Assembly (NCBI GenBank): GCA_000934665.2
Contig: KZ539143.1
Span: forward strand, 1 to 32,781
Length of the DNA stretch: 32,781 nt
Direction: 5' to 3'
Source of the DNA: Catajapyx aquilonaris
Lineage: Eukaryota
Shown here: positions 31,585 to 32,781 of the stretch, piece by piece
Position numbering within the stretch: the stretch's first letter is position 1
How the letters are laid out: the number at the start of each line of letters is the position of its first letter
The notes under the pieces: generated by a model
Seen by the model: the letters and a program-made list of their open reading frames with translations, nothing else
Told to the model about the DNA's origin: nothing
The model's database searches: none
Program-made: the position numbers and the translations under genes

Positions 31585-32299
31585 TATGGGAGCTGAAGTG
31601 GCCAGTCAGTCTGCTCTCTAGGAGTGGATAGGTTGTTTATGCTTTTCTGTAAGGGATGTGGAATACTTTCCTATTGTGATGAAATGCTTCCATCATATAG
31701 CACCNTTCTTTTTTTTTTTTTCTTTCTTTACCCCATTTCAGGGACTGAGCCCTTTCAGGGGGGTGGGCTACCACCATCTGGGTGAAACTTGTATACTGTG
31801 GACAGTATTGAATGTGTTTCACGGGTAAGTAGGAGGGGATGTGCAAAGTGCATGTGCAATGTCTCATACGGTCATTTTGTGAACTCCCCCGGGTGGCTTA
31901 GTCTATCGGAAATTGCCACCTGAAACGAAACCAGAGATGGCCCAACTCTGCACGAAAGAAGGTGGGAACCCCGGGTGGGGATTGAACCCGGGACCTTAAC
32001 TTCCGTGGGCGCGCGCGTTACCGCGGCGCCACTCCGTCTTCAAGAGGAGGTGTTTGGGGGTAGGGCAGACGCATGCGTACTAGCGGCCCACCCCTGGAAA
32101 GGTGGTTGGGGCTCAGCCACCTTTCGGATCGTGGCCAGCGTCGCTGGGCCACGAATTCGTGGCTCGTGTGCAGACGCCTTATGGGAGCTGAAGTGGCCAG
32201 TCAGTCTGCTCTCTAGGAGTGGATAGGTTGTTTATGCTTTTCTGTAAGGGATGTGGAATACTTTCCTATTGTGATGAAATGCTTCCATCATATAGCACC
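31585..32299 (+). repeat. Exact 120-bp direct repeat (31585-31704 and 32180-32299) flanking the SINE
   Basis: TATGGGAGCTGAAGTGGCC...CATCATATAGCACC is present twice, and the first copy ends at an N (31705). Confidence 0.95.
31706..32179 (-). mobile_element. Young tRNA-derived SINE with A-rich tail in a LAMP intron
   Basis: The minus strand has an A-box GTGGCGCCGCGGT and B-box GGTTCAATCCC (about 32035-31970) and an A-rich tail (poly-T on + at 31706-31729). CpGs are retained in an otherwise CpG-poor intron. Confidence 0.75.
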
Positions 32300-32781
32300 A
32301 AACCACAGAGAATGAACAAACACTGCCTTGCAGATATAAGGCTTGTAAATAGTAGTTTTACTAGGTTGTATACCAATTTCAGTTACTAAATTTTTTTTAC
32401 AAATATTCAAAATTAAATCCATCTTGATTAGTGTCAATGAGAATTTGAAAAACCGTTACTCCATGTCACTTGGGAACCCCTCACAACCTGTGTGAATTGT
32501 TTTTGTTATTATTTGTAGAATAAATGTAGAATAAAATTAGTGACATTCTCACATTGCCGGGATTGCACTTAATCTCAGTCCTTGTGCTTGGGCACTTAAC
32601 CAATTACAGACCTTCCATGAAGTGCATCATGTTGGAAGGAGAAAAGGGTTAGGCAATTCCAGAGTGATGGCAGTTGGTGGATGGGTTTTAGTGTAATGTG
32701 TGCCCATACACAAAAGTACTAGATTAATTTGATGCATTTCTTGTAAATCCCATTATTTATGGGTGACAAATCTAGAAGTTA

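Noticed and set aside
31965..32040. Functional tRNA gene
   Set aside because: A and B boxes are present, but there is no convincing acceptor stem and it is embedded in a longer A-tailed repeat with a related copy at about 26228, so it is a SINE.

Overview
This is eukaryotic, almost certainly invertebrate (arthropod-like) genomic DNA from a draft assembly, with a 289-N gap at 1697-1985 and single Ns mostly beside G/C homopolymers. Most ORF-track entries are spurious because the real genes are spliced. Reading GT-AG junctions and exon phases by hand gives four gene models. (1) A complete 3-exon scylla/charybde (REDD1/DDIT4) gene on +, 4727-5766, 168 aa. (2) An unidentified multi-exon gene on -, with exons 18348-18497, 17453-17521, 16818-17392 and a probable last exon 7521-7707. 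(3) The 3' four exons of a Na+/K+-ATPase beta subunit (nervana-type) on +, 20290-24405; I could not find its N-terminal/transmembrane exons. (4) The first three coding exons of a LAMP-family lysosomal glycoprotein on +, from 28846 and running off the window. The non-coding DNA holds many short non-autonomous elements: Harbinger-, mariner-, Sola3-, CACTA/EnSpm-, piggyBac- and hAT-like MITEs, a Helitron and tRNA-derived SINEs. The most notable structure is a 1.6 kb pile-up of four transposon types (18539-20139) that separates two divergent genes, both apparently missing their 5' ends. I see no evidence for a wholly new biological system; the best leads are the orphan gene, that junction and several unusual transposon architectures.
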